A stretch of DNA of 63,966 bases, the filler included, from a bacterium (GTDB taxonomy: Bacteria; JALSQH01): NCBI GenBank assembly GCA_026985515.1. It is 7 parts of 7 records of this genome, joined end to end, with 100 filler letters (N's around TTAATTAATTAA, not from the genome) between each part and the next. Parts side by side here need not be neighbours in the genome. Positions count along the whole stretch, not along the records: positions 13,883 to 27,651 come from JALSQH010000104.1; positions 27,752 to 40,950 come from JALSQH010000108.1; 5 more parts are not named here. The stretch is one strand, 5' to 3'. The notes under the pieces were generated by a model. That model made no database searches. It was not told the DNA's origin and saw only the letters and a list, made by a program, of their open reading frames with translations. A program made the translations under genes and the position numbers. Position 1 is the first letter of the stretch, and each line of letters begins with the position of its first letter. Shown piece after piece: positions 18,504-29,048 of the stretch.

Positions 18504-21450
18504 TGGTAACGCTGTCACTGTTCCGGTTACATTCAAGCAAAAGGTAAAGATTTTCTCCTACCTGATAAACTCTGCTGAAAATATTCAGCTCTCTCCCGTT
18601 AAGGCAGATGGGATAAAAGTTGTAACCTCTGTCACTTCTGAGTATGATTTCCATTTTTCCCGTGGAGAAGTTGCTTCCTGTGAGGTACTCCCTTTTTTTA
18701 AACTTTATTTTCCCTGCAAAGTAACCTCCAGGGTAATCTATAATCTCGTCAGGAATTTTATCAGGATAATCACCCCCGTAATATATGAAAAATCTTCCTG
18801 GATTGCCATGTTCAAATGAGATAAGATCCTCAAATCCATCACCATTCATATCCACAAGGGTGAAGAGGTATCCAAAATTTGAATACATCTTTGCAGTGGG
18901 GTCTGTGACTGAGAAAAATGGATAATGCTGGGGGAAATCATCACCTCCATAGTAACACAGGACTCTGCCTTTCCCGTCGTCGTAAGAGAAATTTGAAACG
19001 CAGAGGGTCTCAGCGCCCCACCCCCTTGTTGCAAAGTTTCCCTTACGAAAGGCAGGATATTTGGGAAAGATTCCGCTGATGTAAAGAGAGTCCAGAATCT
19101 CCATTTTATCATCAAGGATAAAAAAGTTGTCACCATTATTTCTTTTTACGAGGAGTGCAAAATTGTTTTCTCTACCAGTAATTGAAGAGATATTCATCAT
19201 TTCAAAAGGATTGCCATCATTCAGGTGAAGTTTTGTGTTAAGGTCAACCCAGGCTATTTCATCTCTATTCACATATTCAGTTACACTCATACTCCACTGA
19301 AAAATCCCCAGTTTTTTCTGTACCGGGTCAAGGAGCAGGAGTTTATCTTCTGAAGCACCCTCTGACACCGCAAGGCCATATCCAGTTGAACCAAGATTTA
19401 TTACTCTGTAATCTCCATCCCACTTCTCATCCTGATCAAGGGTAAAGAGAAGAACCTCCACATTTGAGAAAGGATATTCCTCCGGGTTTTTGACAATAGC
19501 CATAGCAATATCCGGTATTCCATCGCCATTCCAGTCTCCACTGACCACTTTAGCATAGTATTCCCATGAATTTATACCAGTAACTGTTCTCACATACTCT
19601 TTGCTTACATGGGGAGTTAATTTTTTATCTGTGTAAAAAGTGTTTCCAGAATTGTTCTTCACCTTCAATTCCACCTTTGGACAGGTAAATGGTATGAGAT
19701 TTGTGAAACGGAGATTAAGACTTCCCTGATCAGCAGTTGTCGTGGTAACAAATTTCTGAGAATTGTAGAGGGTGGTTTCCACAAGAACTTCTTCTGAACC
19801 TGTTTCACCGTCAGAGTAAAATGGAGAAATCGTTACCTCACAGCTGTAATAATCGCATTCACCTGTAGTGATAGCATATGGGTAAAGAGGAGAAGGTGGA
19901 GAACTGCCGTATTCACTTCCCACATCTTTAAGAGGTATGAACCACGCCTTTCCATCAGAAGTAGTTGCCCTTTCTGGATACTCTACCCACCAGGGGGGAT
20001 TGTTCATACTATTTAAGTCTCTCACAAAGCAGTCACTATTTACATAAAGCCCCGTTACACTCCCCTCCACAGGCTGAAGGGGAATCAGAGTTACCTCTCT
20101 GCCCTTCCACTCAATCCTGTCAACATTGTAAGGCGTGCCATCATACTGGTAAAGTAAGTCATCTTTTCCACAATCAGGAGCAAGAGTAACAGGTTGTGTG
20201 AAAAAGAGTGTGATTCTGGTAACTGGAGATGAGAATTCCGTTCCCCTCATGGGATAGGAGAGATAGAGAACAGGGGGTTTTGAAAAGTGGTAAAAGTTGT
20301 AGATTCTCTGAATGGAGTTGAAAAGATCATCAGTTATGGAGAAATTGAGAATGTTCAATCCATCCTTAACTGCAAAATTTGTACTCCATGAAGAGGAAGA
20401 AAAATCTTCTCTGTCCCACACTCCATTAAGGAAAAGGTAGCTGTTACTTTCCTTTTCACCGGAAAAGATAGTTACATTCCCTGCAGAATCTGTATTACTG
20501 AGGGAAAAGAATGATGGGGGTGTTATGTCTCTGGTTATGCAGAAATTTTCTGTGTCACTCCTGTTACCTGCACTATCCACGGCATAGAGGAAAAAGCACC
20601 TCTTACCTTCCTCATTAAGATTCAGAACACATTTCCATTCCTCCCTCTCTTCTTTATCATCGCATAAAAGGTAGTTTGTATCTCTGTCGTAAAGAAAAAC
20701 TTCACTTCCCTCTTCCCTCACCCCTGTTACTGTTACAGAAAAATCCCTGGTTTTTACCGGATAAAAAAGTGTGGGAGGCGGTGGGGGCTGTGTGTCAAGT
20801 ATGACTGTCAGAGTTACAGGGTCACTTTCATTTCCTGCTCTGTCAAAAGCAACAACGTTGAAAATATTTTTTCCCTCAACAAGGGGTAACTGAAGGGAAA
20901 AACTGGTGGAATAATCAACGGGAACATATACCTCTCCATTAACCTTTATCCCTGAATTCGCCTGCTTTGTTCCCCCTACAACTATGGGATTCTGATTGGT
21001 TATAAAAAAAGTGGAAAAGAAAAGGGGAGGTGGTGGCGGAATGGTATCATGCTCGGTGGAGAAGGAGAAAGTGTAGTCTGATCTCATGTGATTACCAAAA
21101 AGATCAGTAATCTTCTTTGTAAGAGTTACGGTGTATCTTGTATCATATTCCAGGGGCGTATGAAGCAGCAGATTCAATTTATTTTCAACAACCCTTATCT
21201 CTCCATAAATTACAGGTTTTATCTGAATTGCCGAAAAGTTGGCACTTTCCGGGTTAATGTCCTCACTGAAAGTGACAACAATTTTTTCCAGGTTAACTGT
21301 AACTCCAGTTGCACCATTTTCTGGATATGTGGCAACCACATAAGGTGGCGTTTTGTCTGCGTAGTTAACTTCTTTCTTCTTGCAGGAGATGGGCAGAAAT
21401 GCGATTAGAAAAATTATGATAAACCATCTATTCTGGTAAAAATTAAGCAT
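18481..21450 (-). CDS. Large surface lipoprotein with Ig-like (SbsA/Big) and FG-GAP-like repeats
   Basis: Lipobox-like LPISC; DKTPPYVVATYPENGA Ig domain; repeated DRAGNES/DSAGNRS; GDWNGDGIPD and DMNGDGFED Ca-binding motifs. Confidence 0.75.
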   Translation of the reverse strand: MLNFYQNRWFIIIFLIAFLPISCKKKEVNYADKTPPYVVATYPENGATGVTVNLEKIVVTFSEDINPESANFSAIQIKPVIYGEIRVVENKLNLLLHTPLEYDTRYTVTLTKKITDLFGNHMRSDYTFSFSTEHDTIPPPPPLFFSTFFITNQNPIVVGGTKQANSGIKVNGEVYVPVDYSTSFSLQLPLVEGKNIFNVVAFDRAGNESDPVTLTVILDTQPPPPPTLFYPVKTRDFSVTVTGVREEGSEVFLYDRDTNYLLCDDKEEREEWKCVLNLNEEGKRCFFLYAVDSAGNRSDTENFCITRDITPPSFFSLSNTDSAGNVTIFSGEKESNSYLFLNGVWDREDFSSSSWSTNFAVKDGLNILNFSITDDLFNSIQRIYNFYHFSKPPVLYLSYPMRGTEFSSPVTRITLFFTQPVTLAPDCGKDDLLYQYDGTPYNVDRIEWKGREVTLIPLQPVEGSVTGLYVNSDCFVRDLNSMNNPPWWVEYPERATTSDGKAWFIPLKDVGSEYGSSPPSPLYPYAITTGECDYYSCEVTISPFYSDGETGSEEVLVETTLYNSQKFVTTTTADQGSLNLRFTNLIPFTCPKVELKVKNNSGNTFYTDKKLTPHVSKEYVRTVTGINSWEYYAKVVSGDWNGDGIPDIAMAIVKNPEEYPFSNVEVLLFTLDQDEKWDGDYRVINLGSTGYGLAVSEGASEDKLLLLDPVQKKLGIFQWSMSVTEYVNRDEIAWVDLNTKLHLNDGNPFEMMNISSITGRENNFALLVKRNNGDNFFILDDKMEILDSLYISGIFPKYPAFRKGNFATRGWGAETLCVSNFSYDDGKGRVLCYYGGDDFPQHYPFFSVTDPTAKMYSNFGYLFTLVDMNGDGFEDLISFEHGNPGRFFIYYGGDYPDKIPDEIIDYPGGYFAGKIKFKKREYLTGSNFSTGKMEIILRSDRGYNFYPICLNGRELNIFSRVYQVGENLYLLLECNRNSDSVTISFLYLE

Positions 21451-21486
21451 CTCATATATAATATATTGGAAAGAGCGGTTTTGCAA

Positions 21487-22584
21487 ATGGATTTAAAAGA
21501 GATCTCTGCTAATCCGGAAAAGTACAAAACAATCTGGCGAATTGTTAATTTCATCGAGAGAATCACACTTGGACCTCTCACCATTCCCATTGAAACACCC
21601 AATGAAGTGGTCTGGATGTGGGAAAAGTCAACTCTCATCAGATACCTCTCTCCCACAAGGAGGATCAGGTTCAGAACCCCGGTACTTATAGTGCCTCCTC
21701 TCATGGTGAAGCCAACAATCTTTGATCTGAGACCCGGTCATTCTATGGTTGCGTTTCTGGTAAATTATGGTTTCAACCTTTTCATGGTGGATTTTGGTAT
21801 TCCGAGGAGACACGACAGGTACATAAGTGTTGATCACTATGTAACAGAATTTATTCCGGAGGCCATAAAAAAAATTGTGGAATTAACCGGGGAAAAAGAG
21901 GTGAGTCTGATAGGCTGGAGCATGGGTGGAATAATGAGCCTTCTCTACACAGCCATTTTCGAAAACCTCCATGTCAGGAATCTGGTAACCATTGGTTCTC
22001 CGGTAGATTACGGCAAAATGTTTCCCTTTAACATTCTCGCGAGATTGATAGAGCTACCCGGAGTGAAGAAGGGAATAGACCTGATGGGGAATATTCCACC
22101 CTTCATTACCAAAAATGGCTTCAGAATACTCACTCCGCTGAAAAATATTCAGAGATACATAACCCTTGTGGATCATTACTGGGACAGAGAATGGGTGGCT
22201 GCATATGAAACGATAAATGACTGGATAGAAGATTTTATTCCTTACCCGGGTGAAGCTTTCAAGCAGTTTGTCAGTGAATTTATAAAGGATGACAAGTTGC
22301 GCAAAGGTCAATTAAAAATTGGCAACAGATATGTTGATCTCTCTAAAATAAGAGTTAACGTTTTATCTTTCGTGGGAACAACTGACATAATAGCCCCGAA
22401 ACCATCGGTGGAGGCAATTAAAAAATTTTTACCTCACAGCAAAGTGGAATTAAAATATGTTCCTCTTGGACATATAGGCCTTGTGGCTGGTTCAGAAGCA
22501 CCGGAACTGGTGTGGAAACCGATGGCGGAATGGCTTGCATCACATTCAGAGGAAATAAAAAGTGCTGAGGAAACTGGAAACTGA
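21487..22584 (+). CDS. Class III PhaC-like alpha/beta hydrolase with a Ser nucleophile
   Basis: PVLIVPPL..KPTIFDL.P, GWSMGG, GTTDII, GHIGL. Confidence 0.75.
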   Translation: MDLKEISANPEKYKTIWRIVNFIERITLGPLTIPIETPNEVVWMWEKSTLIRYLSPTRRIRFRTPVLIVPPLMVKPTIFDLRPGHSMVAFLVNYGFNLFMVDFGIPRRHDRYISVDHYVTEFIPEAIKKIVELTGEKEVSLIGWSMGGIMSLLYTAIFENLHVRNLVTIGSPVDYGKMFPFNILARLIELPGVKKGIDLMGNIPPFITKNGFRILTPLKNIQRYITLVDHYWDREWVAAYETINDWIEDFIPYPGEAFKQFVSEFIKDDKLRKGQLKIGNRYVDLSKIRVNVLSFVGTTDIIAPKPSVEAIKKFLPHSKVELKYVPLGHIGLVAGSEAPELVWKPMAEWLASHSEEIKSAEETGN

Positions 22585-23287
22585 ACTTTTAAAGAACAGA
22601 AGAAGTTCTGAAGAGATCCTGAGGGATTTTTTCAAAATAAAGAATCTTACAGGTAGAGCTGAGGAGCTCCTGGATGGAATCCTGAGAAATCTTGGATTCA
22701 AAAAAGGTGAAGATGGTCTGTGGAGTTACGAGCCTGTAATTCCCCGGGATGAATTTGTTGTGGTTGATGTTGAAACCACAGGTCTCAGTTTTGAAAAGGG
22801 GGCAAGGATCATTGAAATAGGAATGGTTGAAGTTAAGAGAGGTGAAATTGTAAGAACCTATTCCCAGCTCATTAACCCCGGTGTCAGAATACCACCAAAA
22901 ATCACATCCATCACAGGGATAAACAATGAAAAACTCCTGGGAAAACCCTCCTTTGAAGAGGTTGCACCAGACATTCTTGATTTCATTTCAAACAGATATA
23001 TGGTGGCGCACAATTTCCCCTTCGACTACTCCTTTTTAAAAGGTGAGTTTGCAAGAATAGGGGTGGAATTCCCTCAACGTGGCATCTGTACGCTTCAAAT
23101 TTCACGAAAACTTCTGGGACTCAGAAGAAATGATCTTGATTCTCTTGCAAGCTACTTCAACCTCTCCTTCATAAGCAGGCACAGGGCTCTGGGTGATGCC
23201 CTTGTCACTGCTGAAGTTTTTCTGAGATTACAGGAAATTGTACCGGGAGATATAATTGAGTTCTGTGAGAATGAATGTAGATTTTGA
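22562..23287 (+). CDS. DEDDh 3'-5' exonuclease (DnaQ/PolC-like)
   Basis: VVDVETTG, AHNFPFD, HRALGDA. Confidence 0.88.
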   Translation: MLRKLETELLKNRRSSEEILRDFFKIKNLTGRAEELLDGILRNLGFKKGEDGLWSYEPVIPRDEFVVVDVETTGLSFEKGARIIEIGMVEVKRGEIVRTYSQLINPGVRIPPKITSITGINNEKLLGKPSFEEVAPDILDFISNRYMVAHNFPFDYSFLKGEFARIGVEFPQRGICTLQISRKLLGLRRNDLDSLASYFNLSFISRHRALGDALVTAEVFLRLQEIVPGDIIEFCENECRF

Positions 23288-24641
23288 ATCACTCCTGAGA
23301 AATCTGAGAAATATCCTTCCACCTGAAAGAATCTCCACCAGACAGGCAGAAAGGTATCTTTACTCCTACGATGCCACTGCTCTGGAATTCTACCCAGATA
23401 TTGTGGTCTTTCCCACAAACAGAGAAGAAGTTGTGGGAATTGTTAAACTTGCCGGTAAGTATGGGATTCCCATTGTTCCCAGAGGTGCAGGAAGTGGTAT
23501 GAGTGGAGGAGCTCTTCCCGTGGAGGGAGGAATTGTTCTTTCCTTCGAAAAGATGAACAGAATCAAAGAGATAAACACCATAAATCACTATGCTGTGGTG
23601 GAGCCGGGTGTTATAACTTCCGTTCTGCACAGGGAAGTGGAAAAAGTGGGTCTTTTCTATCCTCCAGATCCTGCGAGCAGAAATTTCTCTTCCATCGGAG
23701 GTAACGTTGCAGAAAACGCAGGGGGTCTCAGAGCAGTCAAGTATGGAGTGACAAGGGATTATGTTATGGCTCTGGAAGTGGTTCTTCCCGATGGGACAGT
23801 TATTCATACAGGAAGCAAAACCATAAAAGATGTCGCAGGTTATGATTTAACCAGGTTGCTGGTGGGTTCTGAGGGAACACTGGGTATCATTACAGAGATA
23901 ACCTTAAAACTCATTCCTCTTCCCCGATGGAAAGAAACCTTCCTTGCCCAATTCTCAACACCTGAGGATGCCATTTCTCTTGTTCCCGAAATACTTTCCA
24001 TTGGTCTTCCCTCAACTCTTGAATTTATTGATGGTTTCTCCCTCAGAGCAGTTGAGAGCTATCTTGGTGTGAATTTTCCGGGAACAGAGGGGGTTCTTCT
24101 CATTGAAAATATGGGCAACAGAGGGGAAGTTGAGCACTGGGCAGGGGAGCTGAAAAACTTTTTTGAGAAAAGGAATGTTAAATTTCTGCGTGCCGAAAAT
24201 GAGGAACAGAGAGAGAAATTCTGGAAAATAAGGAGATCAATTTCCGCTTCCCTTTCAAAAATCAAACCAAACAGATTCAACGAAGATGTGGTTGTAAAAA
24301 GAAGCGACCTGAAAAGGTTAATTGCCGAATCATACAGGATAGCGAAAAAACACAACATTTTAGTGGCAGATTTTGGCCATGCGGGGGATGGTAATATCCA
24401 CGTTAACTACCTTCATGACAGAAAAGATGAAAATGAGAGGAGAAGAGCGTGGAGGGCAACTGAGGAGATGGTGGAAGAGGTGATTAAAATGGGCGGGACA
24501 GTTTCAGGGGAGCATGGAATTGGAATTATGAAAAAGGAACTTCTCAGAAAGCAGTTCACAGAAGAAGAAATTGAATTGATGAAGAAAATAAAAAGGGCCT
24601 TTGATCCCGATAATATTCTGAATCCAGGCAAAATTTTCTGA
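23271..24641 (+). CDS. glcD: FAD-linked oxidase, glycolate oxidase subunit GlcD family
   Basis: PRGAGSG, YPPDPAS, GSEGTLG, GHAGDGNIH, GEHGIG, NPGKIF. Confidence 0.9.
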   Translation: MNVDFESLLRNLRNILPPERISTRQAERYLYSYDATALEFYPDIVVFPTNREEVVGIVKLAGKYGIPIVPRGAGSGMSGGALPVEGGIVLSFEKMNRIKEINTINHYAVVEPGVITSVLHREVEKVGLFYPPDPASRNFSSIGGNVAENAGGLRAVKYGVTRDYVMALEVVLPDGTVIHTGSKTIKDVAGYDLTRLLVGSEGTLGIITEITLKLIPLPRWKETFLAQFSTPEDAISLVPEILSIGLPSTLEFIDGFSLRAVESYLGVNFPGTEGVLLIENMGNRGEVEHWAGELKNFFEKRNVKFLRAENEEQREKFWKIRRSISASLSKIKPNRFNEDVVVKRSDLKRLIAESYRIAKKHNILVADFGHAGDGNIHVNYLHDRKDENERRRAWRATEEMVEEVIKMGGTVSGEHGIGIMKKELLRKQFTEEEIELMKKIKRAFDPDNILNPGKIF

Positions 24642-25885
24642 TGAATCGAGAGTTAATCGTAAAACAGATCGAAAGGGAAGTTTCAAAGTGTGCCAGATGC
24701 GGTGCATGCAGGCATCTATGCCCCGTTTATTCTGAAGAAAACATGGAGAAAACCTCTCCCCGGGGGAAGAACTCTCTTCTCATGCTCTTTCTGAAAGAGG
24801 GTGGGTCAGTAGATGAGATGGGAAAGATTCTTGAATCATGTACTGTTTGTGAAGCCTGCGTGGAGGGTTGCCCCAATGAGGTACATACATACAAAATCGT
24901 GCTTCTGGGAAGGTCACTTGTGGAGAAAAGCAAACTTGAGAAAGAAGCATACGCAATATTCAACAGAAATTCACTGTTGAAAACAGGTGAAAGGGTTATT
25001 TCCGTTCTTCAAAGTAAGCTGATGATAAAGGAGGGGGATCTGTACAGATTGAGGTGGAGAATTGGAGGGATTGACAAATACCTTCCTCAAATTCCTGATA
25101 AGGATTTTTTCAGTTACTACTCAGAACTGCCGGATCAGGGTAAATTTGAAAAAAAAGTCCTCTTTTTCACAGGCTGTCTCATAAGGTATCTATATCCCCT
25201 GACAGGGGTTCATCTCGTTGAAATTATGAATCATTATGGGTGGGGGGTGATTGCACCAGAGGAACAGATTTGCTGTGGATTGCCCGCCCTTTCCAGTGGA
25301 TTCATGGATGAGTTTCTGGAATCCATGGAACACAATGTGAGGCTCTTTAACAGATATAAGATAAATCATATCATCTCTGCCTGCGGCTCATGTGAAAATA
25401 CCCTTAAAAATTATTACAGGGAATTTGCAGAATTCTCCACACTTTCTGCTGAAGAGATAAGGGTTTTTTCGGAGAGGATTATGGATGTTTCAGAATTTAT
25501 GCTTCAGGTTATTGGTGTGGATAGAGACATTTTTCCCTCTCCCGAAAAGGTTACCTATCATGATTCCTGCCATCTTAACAGGGGAATAGGGGTGAGAGAA
25601 GCTCCCCGTGCTTTGTTGAGAAATGCAGGAAGATTCGTGGAGATGAGGGAAGCAGATGTATGCTGCGGTTTTGGAGGGTCATTTTCAGTAAAGCAGTATG
25701 AGACTTCACAGAAGATACTGCAGAGGAAGATGAGAAATGTGGAGGAAACGGGAGCAGAGTATCTTGTGGCTGAGTGCCCTGGATGTATTCTCCAGTTGAA
25801 CGAAGGTAAGGAGAAGTATCTCAGTGGGGAACTGAAAGTCAGGCATCTGGTTGATTATATCTATGAAAAGTTGTTTTTGAAGTAG
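24641..25885 (+). CDS. glcF: Fe-S oxidoreductase GlcF family (two 4Fe-4S, two CCG domains)
   Basis: Two CxxCxxCxxxCP motifs; FTGC, CCG, YHDSCH, CCGFGG. Confidence 0.88.
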   Translation: MNRELIVKQIEREVSKCARCGACRHLCPVYSEENMEKTSPRGKNSLLMLFLKEGGSVDEMGKILESCTVCEACVEGCPNEVHTYKIVLLGRSLVEKSKLEKEAYAIFNRNSLLKTGERVISVLQSKLMIKEGDLYRLRWRIGGIDKYLPQIPDKDFFSYYSELPDQGKFEKKVLFFTGCLIRYLYPLTGVHLVEIMNHYGWGVIAPEEQICCGLPALSSGFMDEFLESMEHNVRLFNRYKINHIISACGSCENTLKNYYREFAEFSTLSAEEIRVFSERIMDVSEFMLQVIGVDRDIFPSPEKVTYHDSCHLNRGIGVREAPRALLRNAGRFVEMREADVCCGFGGSFSVKQYETSQKILQRKMRNVEETGAEYLVAECPGCILQLNEGKEKYLSGELKVRHLVDYIYEKLFLK

Positions 25886-25924
25886 GAAGCAGGTCTGCGG
25901 CGGGACCGTTTTCCTCCTCCGTCT

Positions 25925-27651
25925 CTACCTGAAAAGGGCTCTGTAGATTCCTCCTCCACAGAGATAGTAAATGGAGTTATAGCCACTCCCAGTTATCACA
26001 GAGGGGTAACTTCCACAATCTCCATTAGAATCAACCTGTGCAAAATACCACCTTCCACCGATATATCTGCCAAGGTAGAGGTCTCCTCCAGTAAGCTCTC
26101 TGAACACAACAAATTTCAAATCATCACTCTCATTAAAATCAACCGGTTTTAATTCACCGAAATAGTTACCACTGTTAATCTGATTTCCAGATGTGTCAAC
26201 CCTGACCCAGTTTATCCCCTCGTTGTTGTAAAATATATCCACGACCTCACCAGATATCTTCCCATAAATAGAAGGAGAGTAGGATGTCATTATTGTAGAC
26301 CACAGATCCTTCACCGTAACTTCCGTGGCAGAACTCAAATATACAAGACCAACATCACCATACACCCTGCCATCTTTCGTGTAAATTCTGCTGACAATCG
26401 CTTTTCCATCATCACATGCTATCCTGAATCTATTCCCCGATCCAATCATTTCAGTCATCATCTTACTGTCCCCTCCCTGTGAAACGCTGGTAATTACTCC
26501 TGCATAAAGAATTCCGTCACTTAAGTATGTAAGAAAAATCCCCCGTCCAACGCAGATCCTTCCATCATCACCCTTCACACCAGGATCAATGGTTGAGTGG
26601 GAGGAAAAGTCTGGGTCAGTTTTCAAAATATGGAGAGTTTGACTTTCATCTTTTGTCAGAATGTAAATATTTTCTCCATCTGAAGCCATATGAAGGATAG
26701 AGGTATCTGAAGTAACCACACTGCCGGCAGAAAGGGAGACAATACTTTTCATACCTCTGAGGTCGTCTGTGAGGGCAAAATCACTGGATGAGGTTGTTAC
26801 CACATCTAAATATGTGTAATAATCTGTCTGGATCAGGGGCTTCATTAACCAGGAATTTTCCCATCGGAGCATATATAGAGAGGAGTTCCATGAATCCTGA
26901 AAAGTCACAAAAGTTACACCATCAGAATAAATTGCGTCAAGAGATAAAGGTGTGGAACTTGAAATCGGGTAAAGATTCACACCATCAGTTCCAAATTTTC
27001 CATAAACAATTGAGGGTGTCTCACCAGAGGGGTAAAACCCGGCAAACTCATCCTTTCTCACAAAAACTGGGAATGTCAGATAATCTGCAACTACATAATC
27101 TGTTACCTCTCCATCAAAAGTTTCTGAGGCAAGGGAAACAAAAGGACCATTTATCCTCTGATAAAGAATTCTCCATCCCTCAGCCGCAACTGTCAGTGCA
27201 ATTGAGTAACCACCTTCGGAACTTCTCAAAATACTCTCTGTTGTATCAGTTATATCTGCCAGATAGAGGCGATTGTTTGAGAAGACATGATATATCTCGT
27301 TGTCATAGCATGTAAAATCAAACTCCTCCGCTCCCTGTATCTCCTCCACTTCGTAACTCATGTCTTCATAAGCTCTGTAGAGATATGATGAATTATCTCC
27401 GTTTAAAATAAGGGCAACATGGTCGGTACATGAGGAAAGTTTCCCTTTATTCCACTCCCCATCAATTCTCAATTTATCTATAACGCTACCATTAAAATCC
27501 AGTTTAAGTAACTCTGTCACATCACCACCAAGTAAAACCCAGATATAATTAATGCTCTTTGCCAGAGAGAAAAAGGATGGATTGGAAAATCTGGTCAAAA
27601 TCTTTCTCATCTCGAGATTTCCATTGTAATCTCTTCTTTCCATAACCACCC
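25925..27651 (-). CDS. C-terminal part of a large hypothetical beta-rich (propeller-like) protein
   Basis: Open to the contig edge; rich in S/G/D/Y beta strands; VDSNGDCGSYPS motif. Confidence 0.55.
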
Positions 27652-27751
27652 NNNNNNNNNNNNNNNNNNNNNNNNNNNNNNNNNNNNNNNNNNNNTTAAT
27701 TAATTAANNNNNNNNNNNNNNNNNNNNNNNNNNNNNNNNNNNNNNNNNNNN
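27652..27751. other. Artificial contig-join spacer
   Basis: N44-TTAATTAATTAA-N44. Confidence 0.97.
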
Positions 27752-27890
27752 TAAGAGCGGCAAATTCGCTCTTCGTTTCACTTACACCTGAAATTCGGCG
27801 TAGCAGCTTCATATAAAGAAGAAAGAAAAATAGAAAGAGGAGAAAGAGGAAAACCACCCACAATATTCTGTTTATCAGGTCCGCTTTCAT
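27752..27890 (-). CDS. N-terminal fragment of a membrane-anchored protein
   Basis: MKADLINRILWVVFLFLLFLFFFLLY TM segment; TATAAT 9 nt upstream; truncated by the join. Confidence 0.5.
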
Positions 27891-27965
27891 TTCTGAAATA
27901 TTATACTCCGGTAGACATTTTCGCAAAATTTGTAAAACATTAGAAGATTTGTAAAATATTTTTCA

Positions 27966-29006
27966 ATGGTGAGAAAAGTTTTTCTTCTGATTTTTCCCCT
28001 CTTAACTGCCACTCTTCTGGATGCCGGGTCAATTACTCTTGTTCTCACAGGCGACATAATGCTGGGAACGACCTTTCCTCATCCCTTTTTACCTCCCGAC
28101 AGAGGAAGAAATCTCTTCAATGAAGCCCTTCCCATTCTGAAAAGCGGAGATATTATCTTTGGAAATCTTGAAGAGACCCTCAATGATAATTGTCTGTGTG
28201 TAAAAAAAGTGAAAAAAGGAAAAGTATACGCATTCCGATCTCCAGTAACATTTGTTGTTACACTTAAAGAAGCTGGGTACAATATCCTATCTCTTGCCAA
28301 CAATCACACATTTGACTTTGGAGAGTGTGGCCTGAAAGAAACGGAAAACACTTTGAAAAAGGTTGGAATCCAGTTTGCCACAAAAGATGAAAAAATTGCA
28401 ACTTTCAATATAAGGGGAATAAAAATTGCCCTTATGGCTGTTTCTTTCGGACCACCCCCGGGGAGTATACTATACCCCGAAGAGATACTCAAAAGAGTCA
28501 AGGAACTATCAGATAAATATGACATCCTGTTGATTTCAGTCCACAATGGGAGAGAGGGGCTATCTGCACTTCACGTAAAGGATGAGGAAGAGATTTTCTA
28601 TGGAGAGGATCGTGGCAACATTTACCGATTTGCACATAGAGCTATAGATGCCGGAGCAGACCTCATTATAGGCCATGGACCACATGTTCCACGAGGCATG
28701 GAAGTTTACCGGAAACGCCTTATCATTTACAGTCTGGGGAACTTCTGCACATACGGATGGATTGCCCTTAAAAAGGAAGAGGGACTGGCACCTGTTGTCA
28801 GGGTTGAACTTGACAGGGATGGAAAATTTATAAAAGGAAGAATCTTTTCATTTATACAGAAACCACCAGGGGGACCAGTCACAGATAGTGAACAGAGGGC
28901 ACTCAAATTGATTGAACAATTATCAAAGGAGGACTTTGGAGAAAAGGCTCCAGCTTTTAACAATGATGGTGAATTTTACCCCCCTTCATTGCAAAAGGAA
29001 AATTAA
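27966..29006 (+). CDS. CapA family metallophosphoesterase, secreted
   Basis: GDIMLG, GNLE, LANNHTFDFG, GHGPHV, YSLGNF. Confidence 0.9.
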   Translation: MVRKVFLLIFPLLTATLLDAGSITLVLTGDIMLGTTFPHPFLPPDRGRNLFNEALPILKSGDIIFGNLEETLNDNCLCVKKVKKGKVYAFRSPVTFVVTLKEAGYNILSLANNHTFDFGECGLKETENTLKKVGIQFATKDEKIATFNIRGIKIALMAVSFGPPPGSILYPEEILKRVKELSDKYDILLISVHNGREGLSALHVKDEEEIFYGEDRGNIYRFAHRAIDAGADLIIGHGPHVPRGMEVYRKRLIIYSLGNFCTYGWIALKKEEGLAPVVRVELDRDGKFIKGRIFSFIQKPPGGPVTDSEQRALKLIEQLSKEDFGEKAPAFNNDGEFYPPSLQKEN

Positions 29007-29048
29007 AAGGTTAAACTAACCTTAAAACATTGAAAAGGAGGTAACAGG

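Noticed and set aside
21487-22584. Calling this gene phaC
   Set aside because: The catalytic Cys is replaced by Ser and there is no neighbouring phaE.
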